In this document: in pieces, positions 50,024-59,874 of the stretch
Position numbering within the stretch: the first letter of the stretch is position 1
How the letters are laid out: each line of letters begins with the position of its first letter
Virus record (IMG/VR): IMGVR_UViG_3300037067_003729
DNA length: 64,000 nt
Reading direction: 5' to 3' (one strand)
DNA from: an uncultured virus (IMG/VR IMGVR_UViG_3300037067_003729)
Lineage: Duplodnaviria; Heunggongvirae; Uroviricota; Caudoviricetes
Position numbers and translations under genes: made by a program
Notes under the pieces: model-generated
The model's database searches: none
Told to the model about the DNA's origin: nothing
Seen by the model: only the letters and a program-made list of their open reading frames with translations

Positions 50024-50719
50024 ATGAAAAAATATATAATACTGTTATCTGTAATATTTTCATGTATCTTTACTACGGTACACGCGGAAGATATTTCGCT
50101 AAACTCCTTCTTTGACGGACTTGGATTTGAGACGCAACAAACGGATGAATATTTCCTTGCCAGTTTATACACTGATACAAAATATGAATATTCCGTAAAA
50201 ATCGACTTAGCCGATGGGGACTTATTTATCAACGACATCCGGCAGGAAAATACATTACCTGATTGTGAACTGATAGACAATGAAACATATGGTTATCTTT
50301 CATACTTTCAACGACTGTTTGTTGATAATGAAGGGGATATGCTTGTAAAAGGATATTCTGAATTTAAGACAGCTATTTGGGATGCTTTAAGTGATATGAA
50401 AGAAAACTACCCTGACGAATACGACATTGTCACTAAAAATTTGATTAGCGTTTCGCAAGGGGAAAGGAACGGGGCATATCTTGAACATGGATTTTGTACT
50501 TTAACAATAGATATGATTTCAGACCACAAATATCTTATGGCGGCACTGCTGCACGAAGCGACACATATCAGCGACTATAAGGCTAAAACATGCGTAACGA
50601 CTGAGGATTATGAGAATGGCGTATATCCTGTAACGCATAACTTTCTTGTCAAATTGGAATATGAGAACATTCAACGGTACGATAACCAATATCAAAATAA
50701 GTATTGGGAGAATTATTGA
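50024..50719 (+). CDS. Exported HExxH metallopeptidase-like protein (moron-like)
   Basis: Signal peptide MKKYIILL..VHA; LLHEATH; AT-rich. Confidence 0.65.
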   Translation: MKKYIILLSVIFSCIFTTVHAEDISLNSFFDGLGFETQQTDEYFLASLYTDTKYEYSVKIDLADGDLFINDIRQENTLPDCELIDNETYGYLSYFQRLFVDNEGDMLVKGYSEFKTAIWDALSDMKENYPDEYDIVTKNLISVSQGERNGAYLEHGFCTLTIDMISDHKYLMAALLHEATHISDYKAKTCVTTEDYENGVYPVTHNFLVKLEYENIQRYDNQYQNKYWENY

Positions 50720-50721
50720 GT

Positions 50722-50904
50722 ATGTTGGAAGCAGCAACGGCAATGGCTAAAATGACACTAATGACTACGATTATCGGTCTACCATTAGTCATACTTGCAG
50801 TATACGTAAAAGTAAAATGCAAGGCAGATACATTTGAAAAGTTGAAGCTGTTTTACGGATTTCTCGTATTGATATTCGTTTTTTATTTATCATTTAAAAG
50901 GTGA
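50722..50904 (+). CDS. small membrane protein
   Basis: Two hydrophobic segments. Confidence 0.45.
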   Translation: MLEAATAMAKMTLMTTIIGLPLVILAVYVKVKCKADTFEKLKLFYGFLVLIFVFYLSFKR

Positions 50905-50908
50905 TTAT

Positions 50909-51472
50909 ATGATTTTAATAGGTGCAGGACAAAATAGTTTAGATGTCCTTTCTTTTATACCTCACCAAGAGGTATTTTTTATTGATGATTTTAAGGTTGG
51001 GAAATTTGAAGGATATAAGATTTTAGGAACCGTTGACGATCTGTGTCAAGGGCGAATACCTATACGATACCCTGTTTATAATGCTGTGGGAAGCGTAGGC
51101 GACAACACTACAAGAAATCGAATATATGAGAAACTGAAAAAGGCTGGCCTTCGGGTACAGCCTTTAATATTTCCATCACATATTTGCCATAACGTGCAAA
51201 TCGGTGAAAACGTTGTTATCGGATTGGGTTCTCAGATACACCATGATTGCATGATAGGTGAATCGTGCATTCTCAGTCCGAGAGTTACTTTATGCGGGGC
51301 CGTGACACTCTCTGATAACGTTTTCCTTGGAGTGGGTGCAATAATCATTCAGGGTATCACGGTGGGTAAAAATGCCATTGTAGGCGCAGGCAGTTTAGTT
51401 ATAAGGGACGTTCCGGACAATGTTACCGTTGTGGGAAATCCAGCAAGGATTATTGAGAAAACTGAGGGGTGA
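50909..51472 (+). CDS. Sugar O/N-acetyltransferase (NeuD/PglD/LegH family)
   Basis: IGAG, FIDD, VG..GDN..R N-terminal domain; HHD catalytic His; hexapeptide left-handed beta-helix; VVGNPAR. Confidence 0.93.
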   Translation: MILIGAGQNSLDVLSFIPHQEVFFIDDFKVGKFEGYKILGTVDDLCQGRIPIRYPVYNAVGSVGDNTTRNRIYEKLKKAGLRVQPLIFPSHICHNVQIGENVVIGLGSQIHHDCMIGESCILSPRVTLCGAVTLSDNVFLGVGAIIIQGITVGKNAIVGAGSLVIRDVPDNVTVVGNPARIIEKTEG

Positions 51473-51476
51473 TTTT

Positions 51477-53648
51477 ATGGCTACTGTTAAAATAAAAAGC
51501 GGCGATACATTAAGCGCACTTGCCAAAGCTAACAATACCACCGTTGCGGCTATAGTTGCAGCAAATCCAAGCATAAAAGATGCGAATAAGATACAGGCTG
51601 GTGCGGCGTTGACGATACCTACAAAGACTACTACGGTTACGCCAGTCAAAACACAGACAATAACGCCAACGATCACTAAACCAACTACAGGAACGACCAC
51701 ACAGACAAGTACACCGGTAGTAAAACCAGCAACTACTGCAGACCCCGACAGAGAACTTGCGCGTCAGATTAGAGACAATCAAATAAGCGGTGCTGCGGCT
51801 GATACAGCGGTGAGAAATCTCGCAGCAACGTCTTCCTCGACTTCTTCGACTTCCTCGACGAGTTCTACAGCACCTACAATAGACACAACCTTACAAAACT
51901 ACAAAGATCAGTATGCCGCCGCTCAAAGCACAGGTAACAAGGTTGGCATGCTTATAGCCGCCGAAGCTGCGGACAATTACAGGGTATCACAGGGGCAGGC
52001 TGCGCAAAACGCGACTCAAATCGCAAGATTGAAAAGCGAACTCTCGTCGCAGGACTATCTTGATTATTATGCCGGTTCGCTATCAGATAAAAACGCTCAA
52101 CTTACTAACTTTAACCAAAATTACGTTCCTGAAACGTCTGAAGAAGATTACATGACTAAAATTTCTGACTACGTAAATAGTATCTTGCAGGAACAGAAAA
52201 ACACGGCTGAAGCTAATGCCAAAAAGGCAAGGACTGGAATTTTATCGGATGCGGACATTACCAAGCAGGAGTTGGACGATGCATACGCTACGCAATTGGC
52301 TGAATTATCCAGCCAGGCCGATGAGATAAGAAACGCCTATTCGTCCGGGAAAAGGAACGTCGAAACGCAAAACACTGATACCATGGATAGCATAGCCGCG
52401 CAGGCCGATAAGATAATTCAGCTGTATGAACAGAGTAAAAACCAGTTAGGCGCAAACAAACAATCTTTGTCAGACGAATTGTCGGCTAACGTAGACAAGA
52501 TCAAAAATGCTTATTCGACGGCCAAGACAGGGATAGAATCCACGAAGGCCGAGACTTTGCCTACTTACGACGTAGCAATGAACCAGCAGGATATTCTCGC
52601 CCAAAGGCAGACTAAACAGCTTGAGGGTGAATTCGCACAAAGAGGATTATCTGCCGGCGGTCAAGTCACTTCCGAATTAGGTCAGGCCGGTCAGGCTAAT
52701 CTAAGCGAAATCGGCAAAATTACAGGTCAAAAGCAGTCATATGAACGGGACGTGTCCAACAAGTTAACGGGACTTGAACAGGAACAGGCTACAGGACTTG
52801 CGGACGCGGAACGTAAAAAAATACAGATAGAACAGGACTACACTAATAGTATAAGTGAGATTGAATCCAACAAGACTTTAAGCCTGGCAGATGCAGAAAG
52901 ATTAAAAAGCCAAGCAACAAGAGACTACCAAAATTCCTTGGCCAATCTTGAACAAGGCCGGGTATCAGGTTTGGCAGGTATCGCCAGGGCAGAGGGGGCA
53001 GCCGCACAGACCTTATCAAGTGGGAAAATGGCGATCATTAAAAAGGTCAACGATGCCTTAAACAACCTTACCACAGACGAACAGACCTCACTTGATAACC
53101 TTGCTGAAAAACGTTCACAGATGCTTTACGAGGCTAATCAAAAATATGGTGATTTGAGTAAAGCGGAAAAAGACACCGCCTTTAATCAATTATTGCAGGA
53201 GGCAGGTGTAGCAGCTGATTCGGTGGATACAATGAGGGCTTTGATAGATGATGTCAATAAGGCGAAAACAGCTGCATTGGAATATCAGATAAAAGAACTC
53301 GAATACGCAAATATGTCTAAATCGCAGAAACTTGAACTTGATAAGCTTAAAAATGATATCAAACTTGGCAATATATCAGCAGCACAGGCAGGAGCACAGA
53401 TCAAACTCCAGCAGGACAAGTTTAAATTCGACAAGGAACAGCAACTTACAGAAACCGAAAGAACACAGTATAACAACTACATAGACATGGTAGACAGTAG
53501 TTCGTTTATTTCCAAGGACGCTGCTGGCGTGACGCAGATCAGTGATAAAACAGGGTTACGAAAATACATATTAAGTCTTACATCTGATGATAATGTAACC
53601 GTTCCGCTGCTTGCCAGATATGGGTTGCCAACAGAACCACAAAAATAA
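51477..53648 (+). CDS. LysM-domain virion/ejection protein with long coiled coil
   Basis: IKSGDTLSALAK...TTVAAIVAANPSIKDANKIQAGAALTIP LysM; Thr/Ser linker; Q/A-rich helices. Confidence 0.82.
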   Translation: MATVKIKSGDTLSALAKANNTTVAAIVAANPSIKDANKIQAGAALTIPTKTTTVTPVKTQTITPTITKPTTGTTTQTSTPVVKPATTADPDRELARQIRDNQISGAAADTAVRNLAATSSSTSSTSSTSSTAPTIDTTLQNYKDQYAAAQSTGNKVGMLIAAEAADNYRVSQGQAAQNATQIARLKSELSSQDYLDYYAGSLSDKNAQLTNFNQNYVPETSEEDYMTKISDYVNSILQEQKNTAEANAKKARTGILSDADITKQELDDAYATQLAELSSQADEIRNAYSSGKRNVETQNTDTMDSIAAQADKIIQLYEQSKNQLGANKQSLSDELSANVDKIKNAYSTAKTGIESTKAETLPTYDVAMNQQDILAQRQTKQLEGEFAQRGLSAGGQVTSELGQAGQANLSEIGKITGQKQSYERDVSNKLTGLEQEQATGLADAERKKIQIEQDYTNSISEIESNKTLSLADAERLKSQATRDYQNSLANLEQGRVSGLAGIARAEGAAAQTLSSGKMAIIKKVNDALNNLTTDEQTSLDNLAEKRSQMLYEANQKYGDLSKAEKDTAFNQLLQEAGVAADSVDTMRALIDDVNKAKTAALEYQIKELEYANMSKSQKLELDKLKNDIKLGNISAAQAGAQIKLQQDKFKFDKEQQLTETERTQYNNYIDMVDSSSFISKDAAGVTQISDKTGLRKYILSLTSDDNVTVPLLARYGLPTEPQK

Positions 53649-53660
53649 GAAGGTGATAGC

Positions 53661-56600
53661 ATGGGTAGTAAGTACGATAAGGAACGCGAAGCGCTTGGAA
53701 TAAACGTTACGGCGAAAACGCAAGGCACTGCACAAAAAACTAAAAAGGCAAGCGTATATGATAAAGAAAGGCAAGCACTGTTTGAAACCGTTACCCCCGT
53801 ACAAAGTATTCCTGCTTATCAGAGCATTACAAAGCAACATACCCTTGAATCTCCTACACTCAACTTACCGACGCTAACCAAAAATACACAGCCGAAACGT
53901 ATTTCCGACGCTATATTCAATACACCCTTTAAGTTGTCAACAAACTTCATGGATATAAAAAACAGAATCGATCAGGAAAAGGCAAAGTCGGAAGCCGCCG
54001 CAAAAATACCCAATTACAATAGCAAGTCATCTTTTTATAACACGCCTGTAATCGGTAATATGTTGAAAAAAGACGAGGAAAAAACAAGGCAAAAGGCCAA
54101 AGAGGTGTTGACCGCTGATGAAATAGATATCTTGAGTAAAGGACTATCCTTGAGTCCGAAATCTCACAACATGGGTGGTGAAATTACCGCATACTATTTC
54201 GATAAGAAGGTGCCGGATGGGTTTACTCAGCAATTTCAGAAAGTAATGGAAAAGGTTGAATATGCTAAAAAAGGCACTCTCGGGAAAGTTTTTGACAGAA
54301 CAGGAAGGCAAGCCGTATCGGTAGGGTTCGGCGACAGCAGTGCGAAGGATTATGCTGAATCTGCCGGAATTGGCGGTGCCGGTAAAGTTGGAAACGTTAT
54401 TTCAGATGTAGGTGGGACAATAGCAGGGTTTATGGTTCCTACAGGTAGTCCCGGTGTCACATTGCCAACGGCGGCTAATACTATGGCAAAAAAAGCGGTG
54501 AATAAATTATTTCCTGTTGCTGAAAGACTAGCGAATAAGGCCGGTAAAAGAGTGGTTCAGGCTACGGTAGAATCATTGCCATATTCAGCACAGCAGATTG
54601 CCACGCAGAGGGAAATTGATACGCCTAAAAAGGCTCTAAAAACAGCGGTTGACAATGCTCTGTTTGCTATGGGCGCGGAACTTGGAATAATGGGCTTAAG
54701 TGGGATTGCAAAAACGGTTTTCAAAAAACTAAAAGGCGGTCAAAAGCTAACAGTAGCAGAAAAGGAAATAGTCAACAATACTCCTGAACTCCGCGCACTG
54801 CCGGAAGCAAAACAGTACCTTATGCTTGAAGCGCCAAAACTGCGTACGCCTGATGTAATTGAATCCTTACCTCCAAAGCCGACAACGGCAGAGATAAAAA
54901 AGCTGAATACCCCGGTAAAAACCTTGCCAAAAGAAAAGGCAATTGCAGAAAAAAAGGCTGATTTTACCGTTGACCAATATGGCAACACATTAAAAAGCGG
55001 TCAAAAAGCGCCTTTGTTGTTAAGTGAATCTAGCGCAAAAGCTAAAGCGGTTGAGCCTACAATGACAAGAGAAGAGTATTTCGGCAAGGAAGGTGATCTG
55101 CTGACTCCGGCTGAAGTAGACGAACTTTTGGGCAATGAACCCATGTATAGTAAAACCAAAGATAGCATACCATCAGAAATAGGTAGTATATCAAAAATAA
55201 ACGATGGCATTGTAAAAAAAGCAAAGTCGGAATTCGGTATAACAACAAATCCGCGCGAAGCCGGTTACATACTTGACGATGGTACAGTGCTGGATTTTAG
55301 CGGGAAACGCGAAGGTGGACCCGCAAACGAACGGTATATGGATCACAGAGAAGTACAATCTTTGTATGACGATTTGCAGCAAACGGCAGCCATGACAAAA
55401 TTTATGGATGACACAAACGCCGTAAGGATAAGCGTAGGCAAAGATGGACTTGTGCTTATTGATATTACAGGGATTAAACCGTTAAGTGAAAAGCAAGTAA
55501 CAAAAATAAAACAAATATCAGCGAGAAAAGAAAGCGTTGTTATCGACTATTACGACAACATAAATTCAAGTAAAGCGGCGGCACATAAAGAATTTGATTT
55601 TCCCAAAGTAAAAGATATTGAAGATGCACTGGATGAAATACAAAAAGGCAAGGAAATAAAAACGCCATTACAAAATGATGTAGGAAAAAAGATAACGACA
55701 AATGAAACGCCGGAAGGCGTTTTTTCTTTACCTGAAAGGCAGATAGAACGCCCATTTGCTGTGACAAAAGGCGAAATTAAAAAGTTCCGGTTACCTCAAG
55801 ACATAACAAAACAATCTGATTTAATACCTAAAGAACCTGTTACAAAATCTCAGTCAGATTGGGTGAAATCATTACCTAAAATTGATACTGCTGATTTGAG
55901 GGCAAAACAATCTATAAAAGAAAAACTCAGGATATATGGCGAAGCCGCAAACAACGTTAAATTCAATGTCCCTGAACAGTACCGCAAAGAAACGCCGTTT
56001 ACCGTGGCAAAGTCAACTGTACCGCCGAAGGTTGAAAGCAAATATGCAACAGAATCAGTAACTGGAAACACTGCACAAGGCACACGGACTTTAAAGGCAG
56101 CTGAACAAGTACCTTTGATAGAATCAACTACTAAAAACGGTGTACAAAAGCTTAAAACACCAGAAGAAGCGGTAAGCAAAGTATATTCCAACACGCTTAA
56201 AAAAACGCCGATGCTGACTGACGTTGAAAAGAAAATGCTCGATTCTAAAGATTATAAATATGATGTCAAGAGCGAAAAAGAAAGCATAGCAGAGGCGCAA
56301 CAAAGGCTTGCTAAGGATTTCGAGGGTGAAGTTAACAAACTGTCTGAAAAAGAATCGTTTACTGGTTCGGATATTGATACTATGTTTGGAATTGTAGAAA
56401 AGAATCTCGATGAAGCCAGAAAAACAGGTGACTATTCAGATGTTCATTCTATGTTAAAAAATGTTCGCAAGGGCGGAACCGAAAGCGGTAGAGGCGTACA
56501 GGCATTTGCAAAATATTCCAGAACTACAGAGGGAAAACTTGCAACAGCACAGGGCGCAATTGACGCAGCGGAAAACGAGATAAAAAAGACAAATCCGAAC

Positions 56601-58967
56601 CTAATGAAAAGGATAGACGATGAAGTTGCCGAACTTGCAAAGAAAACTGAAAAAACACCAAAAGTCACTAAAAAGGATGAAATCCGTAGTTGGCTTGATT
56701 CCAAAGAGGCAGAAGCAACGCAAAGAGTAAAAGACTTTTTTAAACCTGATACAAGTGGACTGATAAAAATGCGCGCAGGACTTCCAGGGGATGTCCTGAC
56801 TGATCTTGCAATTGTCGGAGCTACAAAATTAGCAAAAGCTTCAATGAATTTTGCTGACTGGTCTGTAGCCATGATAAAGGAGTTCGGCGACAAAATCAAA
56901 CCTTATTTGAAAGAGGTATTCGCTCATTCCAACAAAGTACTAAAAGGCGGTAGTAAAAACCTGCCGAAGCCAAGAACCATAAAAGACATAACAAAAAACA
57001 CTTCCGAGGAAGACATAAGAAATCTTGTTAAAAAGAAATACGGCGTTCCGGTTCTGGAAGAGAACGACATTAAATTTATAGTTGAGAAAATGGACGAAGC
57101 TCGGAAGTTGCCCGAAGGGAGTTATAAACAAAAAATGCTGGAAGGTAAGGTTGCTCAAATGATAGCCAATAAAATACCTTCCGACATGATAGAAAAAGTC
57201 AAAGCTGTCCAAAGAATGTTCATGCTTATAAATCCTAAAACTGTAGTTACCAGGAACCCCGTGGGAAATCTTCTACTGGGTGCTGTCGAGACTGTTAAAA
57301 ACGTTCCAGCCGCAGGAATTGACACAATTATTTCAGCAATAAGAAAAAGCGAACGCACTACCAAACTTGCGCCAATCGCAAAAGGCAAAGCGTCGTTAAA
57401 AGGTGCTGGCAAGGGACTGAAAGAATGGGCGCTAGATATCGTAAACAATGTGGACACCAATCCGACTGGTGCAGGCGTAGAAATGCCAAAAAATAAAATA
57501 TTCAGTGAGAACCATAAAATATCCAACCCAGCAGTAAAGGCCGTTGCGGACATGGGCGGGAAAGCTGCCAATTTTGTTCATTCAATAGTTGGTAAAATGC
57601 TGTCCTTGGGAGATAGGCCATTTTATGAATCTGCATACGCTTCAAGAATTGCTGAACTTAAAAAGATTAAAAAGACCAACATTATTACTGATGAAATGGA
57701 GGAAATGGCAAGAGAACACGCGCTTGAAAGAACTTTGCAGAACGACAGCTGGATATCTAAAAAAGTATCAAGTTTGGGTGCTAACAAGAATGACCCGTTT
57801 GTATGGCGCTTGTTTGTAAATCTTGTTGTACCGTTTAAGAAGACACCTGGAAATATACTTGACAAGTTTATTGACTATTCACCCGCCGGAGCCTTTAAAG
57901 CAGTAGGGCACGGTCTGAAAACAGCAGGCAAGGGAACATTTAATCAGAGGTTTTTTGTTAATACTTTGGCAAGAAGTTTGACTGGTATGGGGCTTGCTGT
58001 AACCGGGTATCTTTTGGCTAAAAACGGGTTGGTGACAAGCTCAAGAGACTCAAGCAACAAGGTTGAAAACATTGAAACTGCGTTAGGCAAACAAAATTAT
58101 GCCTTTAAAATTGGTGACAAATATTATTCATATGATTGGGCGCTTCCGGCCTCAGCTCCTATTGCAATGGGGGCAGATTTTTATTACGCCGAAAGCAGAA
58201 CAAAAGATGGTCAAAATGCATTCCTGAAAGGCACAGAAAGTTCAATCAATCTATTATTCAGATCAACAATGTTACAGGGACTGTCAAGGTTAACCGCTGG
58301 TTATAGTCCGGCCGCAAGCATAGGGCAAACCCTTTTGGGAAGTACTACACAATTTACGCCAACGGCAGGGAAACAGATAGCACAGTTAAGAGACCCATAC
58401 CAAAGAGAGACATACGACCCCAACTGGGTTATACAGACACTTAACAAGACAAAAGTGAGAATACCGGTATTAAGTGAACAACTTCCTGCAAAAGTAGATG
58501 TGTTCGGAAACGATGTAAAGGCTTTTCAAGGCAAAAACAATGTCTGGAACGTACTGTTTAATCCCGGATTTACAACTGAATTCAAGCCAAATGAAATCCA
58601 GAAAGAAATAATAAGACTGTATAACGATACAGGAAGTACAACACATATACCTGTCGCAGTTGAAAAGTACATTGACGCGACAAAAGACCATCCCAAGATA
58701 ATATTAACGGCTGATGAGTACACAAATTATCAAAAAACATTAGCCAAGTATACTTTTGACGGATGGGCGACTAAGGGCAAATTAAAAAGCTCTACAGGGT
58801 TCAATGGGATAATACCATCCGATACATACAAAAACGTAAAACCGGATAAGGAGGATACAGCAGATGAAAAAAGGATAAAAATGCTTGGAAGTATTATTGA
58901 AAATGCCAAAAAACAAGCCAAGGCAGAAATACTTGAAAGACGAGGATATAAACAAGTCGGGAATTGA
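53661..58967 (+). CDS. Large (1768 aa) ejection / polyvalent-like virion protein
   Basis: Size and position after LysM protein; internal EAGYILDDG.VLDFSG..DHRE domain; C-terminal PF..TP.N and LP...DVFG motifs. Confidence 0.65.
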   Translation: MGSKYDKEREALGINVTAKTQGTAQKTKKASVYDKERQALFETVTPVQSIPAYQSITKQHTLESPTLNLPTLTKNTQPKRISDAIFNTPFKLSTNFMDIKNRIDQEKAKSEAAAKIPNYNSKSSFYNTPVIGNMLKKDEEKTRQKAKEVLTADEIDILSKGLSLSPKSHNMGGEITAYYFDKKVPDGFTQQFQKVMEKVEYAKKGTLGKVFDRTGRQAVSVGFGDSSAKDYAESAGIGGAGKVGNVISDVGGTIAGFMVPTGSPGVTLPTAANTMAKKAVNKLFPVAERLANKAGKRVVQATVESLPYSAQQIATQREIDTPKKALKTAVDNALFAMGAELGIMGLSGIAKTVFKKLKGGQKLTVAEKEIVNNTPELRALPEAKQYLMLEAPKLRTPDVIESLPPKPTTAEIKKLNTPVKTLPKEKAIAEKKADFTVDQYGNTLKSGQKAPLLLSESSAKAKAVEPTMTREEYFGKEGDLLTPAEVDELLGNEPMYSKTKDSIPSEIGSISKINDGIVKKAKSEFGITTNPREAGYILDDGTVLDFSGKREGGPANERYMDHREVQSLYDDLQQTAAMTKFMDDTNAVRISVGKDGLVLIDITGIKPLSEKQVTKIKQISARKESVVIDYYDNINSSKAAAHKEFDFPKVKDIEDALDEIQKGKEIKTPLQNDVGKKITTNETPEGVFSLPERQIERPFAVTKGEIKKFRLPQDITKQSDLIPKEPVTKSQSDWVKSLPKIDTADLRAKQSIKEKLRIYGEAANNVKFNVPEQYRKETPFTVAKSTVPPKVESKYATESVTGNTAQGTRTLKAAEQVPLIESTTKNGVQKLKTPEEAVSKVYSNTLKKTPMLTDVEKKMLDSKDYKYDVKSEKESIAEAQQRLAKDFEGEVNKLSEKESFTGSDIDTMFGIVEKNLDEARKTGDYSDVHSMLKNVRKGGTESGRGVQAFAKYSRTTEGKLATAQGAIDAAENEIKKTNPNLMKRIDDEVAELAKKTEKTPKVTKKDEIRSWLDSKEAEATQRVKDFFKPDTSGLIKMRAGLPGDVLTDLAIVGATKLAKASMNFADWSVAMIKEFGDKIKPYLKEVFAHSNKVLKGGSKNLPKPRTIKDITKNTSEEDIRNLVKKKYGVPVLEENDIKFIVEKMDEARKLPEGSYKQKMLEGKVAQMIANKIPSDMIEKVKAVQRMFMLINPKTVVTRNPVGNLLLGAVETVKNVPAAGIDTIISAIRKSERTTKLAPIAKGKASLKGAGKGLKEWALDIVNNVDTNPTGAGVEMPKNKIFSENHKISNPAVKAVADMGGKAANFVHSIVGKMLSLGDRPFYESAYASRIAELKKIKKTNIITDEMEEMAREHALERTLQNDSWISKKVSSLGANKNDPFVWRLFVNLVVPFKKTPGNILDKFIDYSPAGAFKAVGHGLKTAGKGTFNQRFFVNTLARSLTGMGLAVTGYLLAKNGLVTSSRDSSNKVENIETALGKQNYAFKIGDKYYSYDWALPASAPIAMGADFYYAESRTKDGQNAFLKGTESSINLLFRSTMLQGLSRLTAGYSPAASIGQTLLGSTTQFTPTAGKQIAQLRDPYQRETYDPNWVIQTLNKTKVRIPVLSEQLPAKVDVFGNDVKAFQGKNNVWNVLFNPGFTTEFKPNEIQKEIIRLYNDTGSTTHIPVAVEKYIDATKDHPKIILTADEYTNYQKTLAKYTFDGWATKGKLKSSTGFNGIIPSDTYKNVKPDKEDTADEKRIKMLGSIIENAKKQAKAEILERRGYKQVGN

Positions 58968-59026
58968 TTTAAATTTACTTAATACGAGGCACTCGAAAGG
59001 GTGGCTTAATTTTTGAAAGGAATCAT

Positions 59027-59743
59027 ATGGAGATAATCGCAGAAATCGGCCTGAATCACATGGGTGATCTTAACAAGGCACTTGACATGGTAAAAATAGC
59101 AAAGGAGTGCGGCACGGACATTGTAAAATTTCAATTCTACTATACAGATATTTTGTGTGTTAACCGGAATTGCTTTGATTCATTCAAACTGCTGGATAAA
59201 ATACGTCTACGGCCGCAATGGATTCCAATACTCGCCGACGAATGCAAACGGCTGAATATCGAGTTTTTATGTACATGTTTTGATAAGTTTAGCGCAGAGG
59301 AAATAAACCCGTTCGTTGAGAGATTCAAGATAGCAAGCCCGGAAGCAACGAACATTAATTTCATAAAACAAGTTGCAGGATTCGGGAAACCGCTTATTAT
59401 TTCAACCGGCAAAATAGACGACGATCAGATCAAAGACATTCTCAATGCGGTTGATGTTCCTGTTACACTGCTTTACTGTGTCTCAAAATATCCGTCACAG
59501 CCAAGCGATTACAAACTGTCTGAGATCAAACGGCTGAAGAAAAAATTTCATGTTCCGGTTGGGTTATCGTGTCATTGCGCCGGAATTAAGAATGCGCTTG
59601 ACGCGGTTGACATGGGCGCGGACATACTGGAGAAACATTTCAAAGTTGACGAAAAATGCGTCGACGCTGCCGTATCGTTATTACCAGCAGATTTTACTAA
59701 AATGTGCGAAATTATAAGGAGGAACAATGGAAAATGGAATTGA
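59027..59743 (+). CDS. neuB: Nonulosonic acid synthase (NeuB/LegI/PseI), no C-terminal SAF domain
   Basis: IIAEIGLNHMGD, VKFQ, FKIASPE, KPLIISTG, LYCVSKYP, VGLSCH, ILEKHF, D..VSL.P. Confidence 0.95.
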   Translation: MEIIAEIGLNHMGDLNKALDMVKIAKECGTDIVKFQFYYTDILCVNRNCFDSFKLLDKIRLRPQWIPILADECKRLNIEFLCTCFDKFSAEEINPFVERFKIASPEATNINFIKQVAGFGKPLIISTGKIDDDQIKDILNAVDVPVTLLYCVSKYPSQPSDYKLSEIKRLKKKFHVPVGLSCHCAGIKNALDAVDMGADILEKHFKVDEKCVDAAVSLLPADFTKMCEIIRRNNGKWN

Positions 59744-59874
59744 TGTAATTTTTCAGTACATTACCTTTAACCCGGTGGAGATAAACGGGAAACAGACCTT
59801 TGACAATATGTTTATTGTGCTTGATGCTACCGACAAAATCGGGGCCGGCATGGTGTACGCGCAGGAGGTACAGA

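Noticed and set aside
54740..58921. Multiple minus-strand ORFs opposite the 1768-aa gene
   Set aside because: Antisense shadows with no RBS or recognisable motifs
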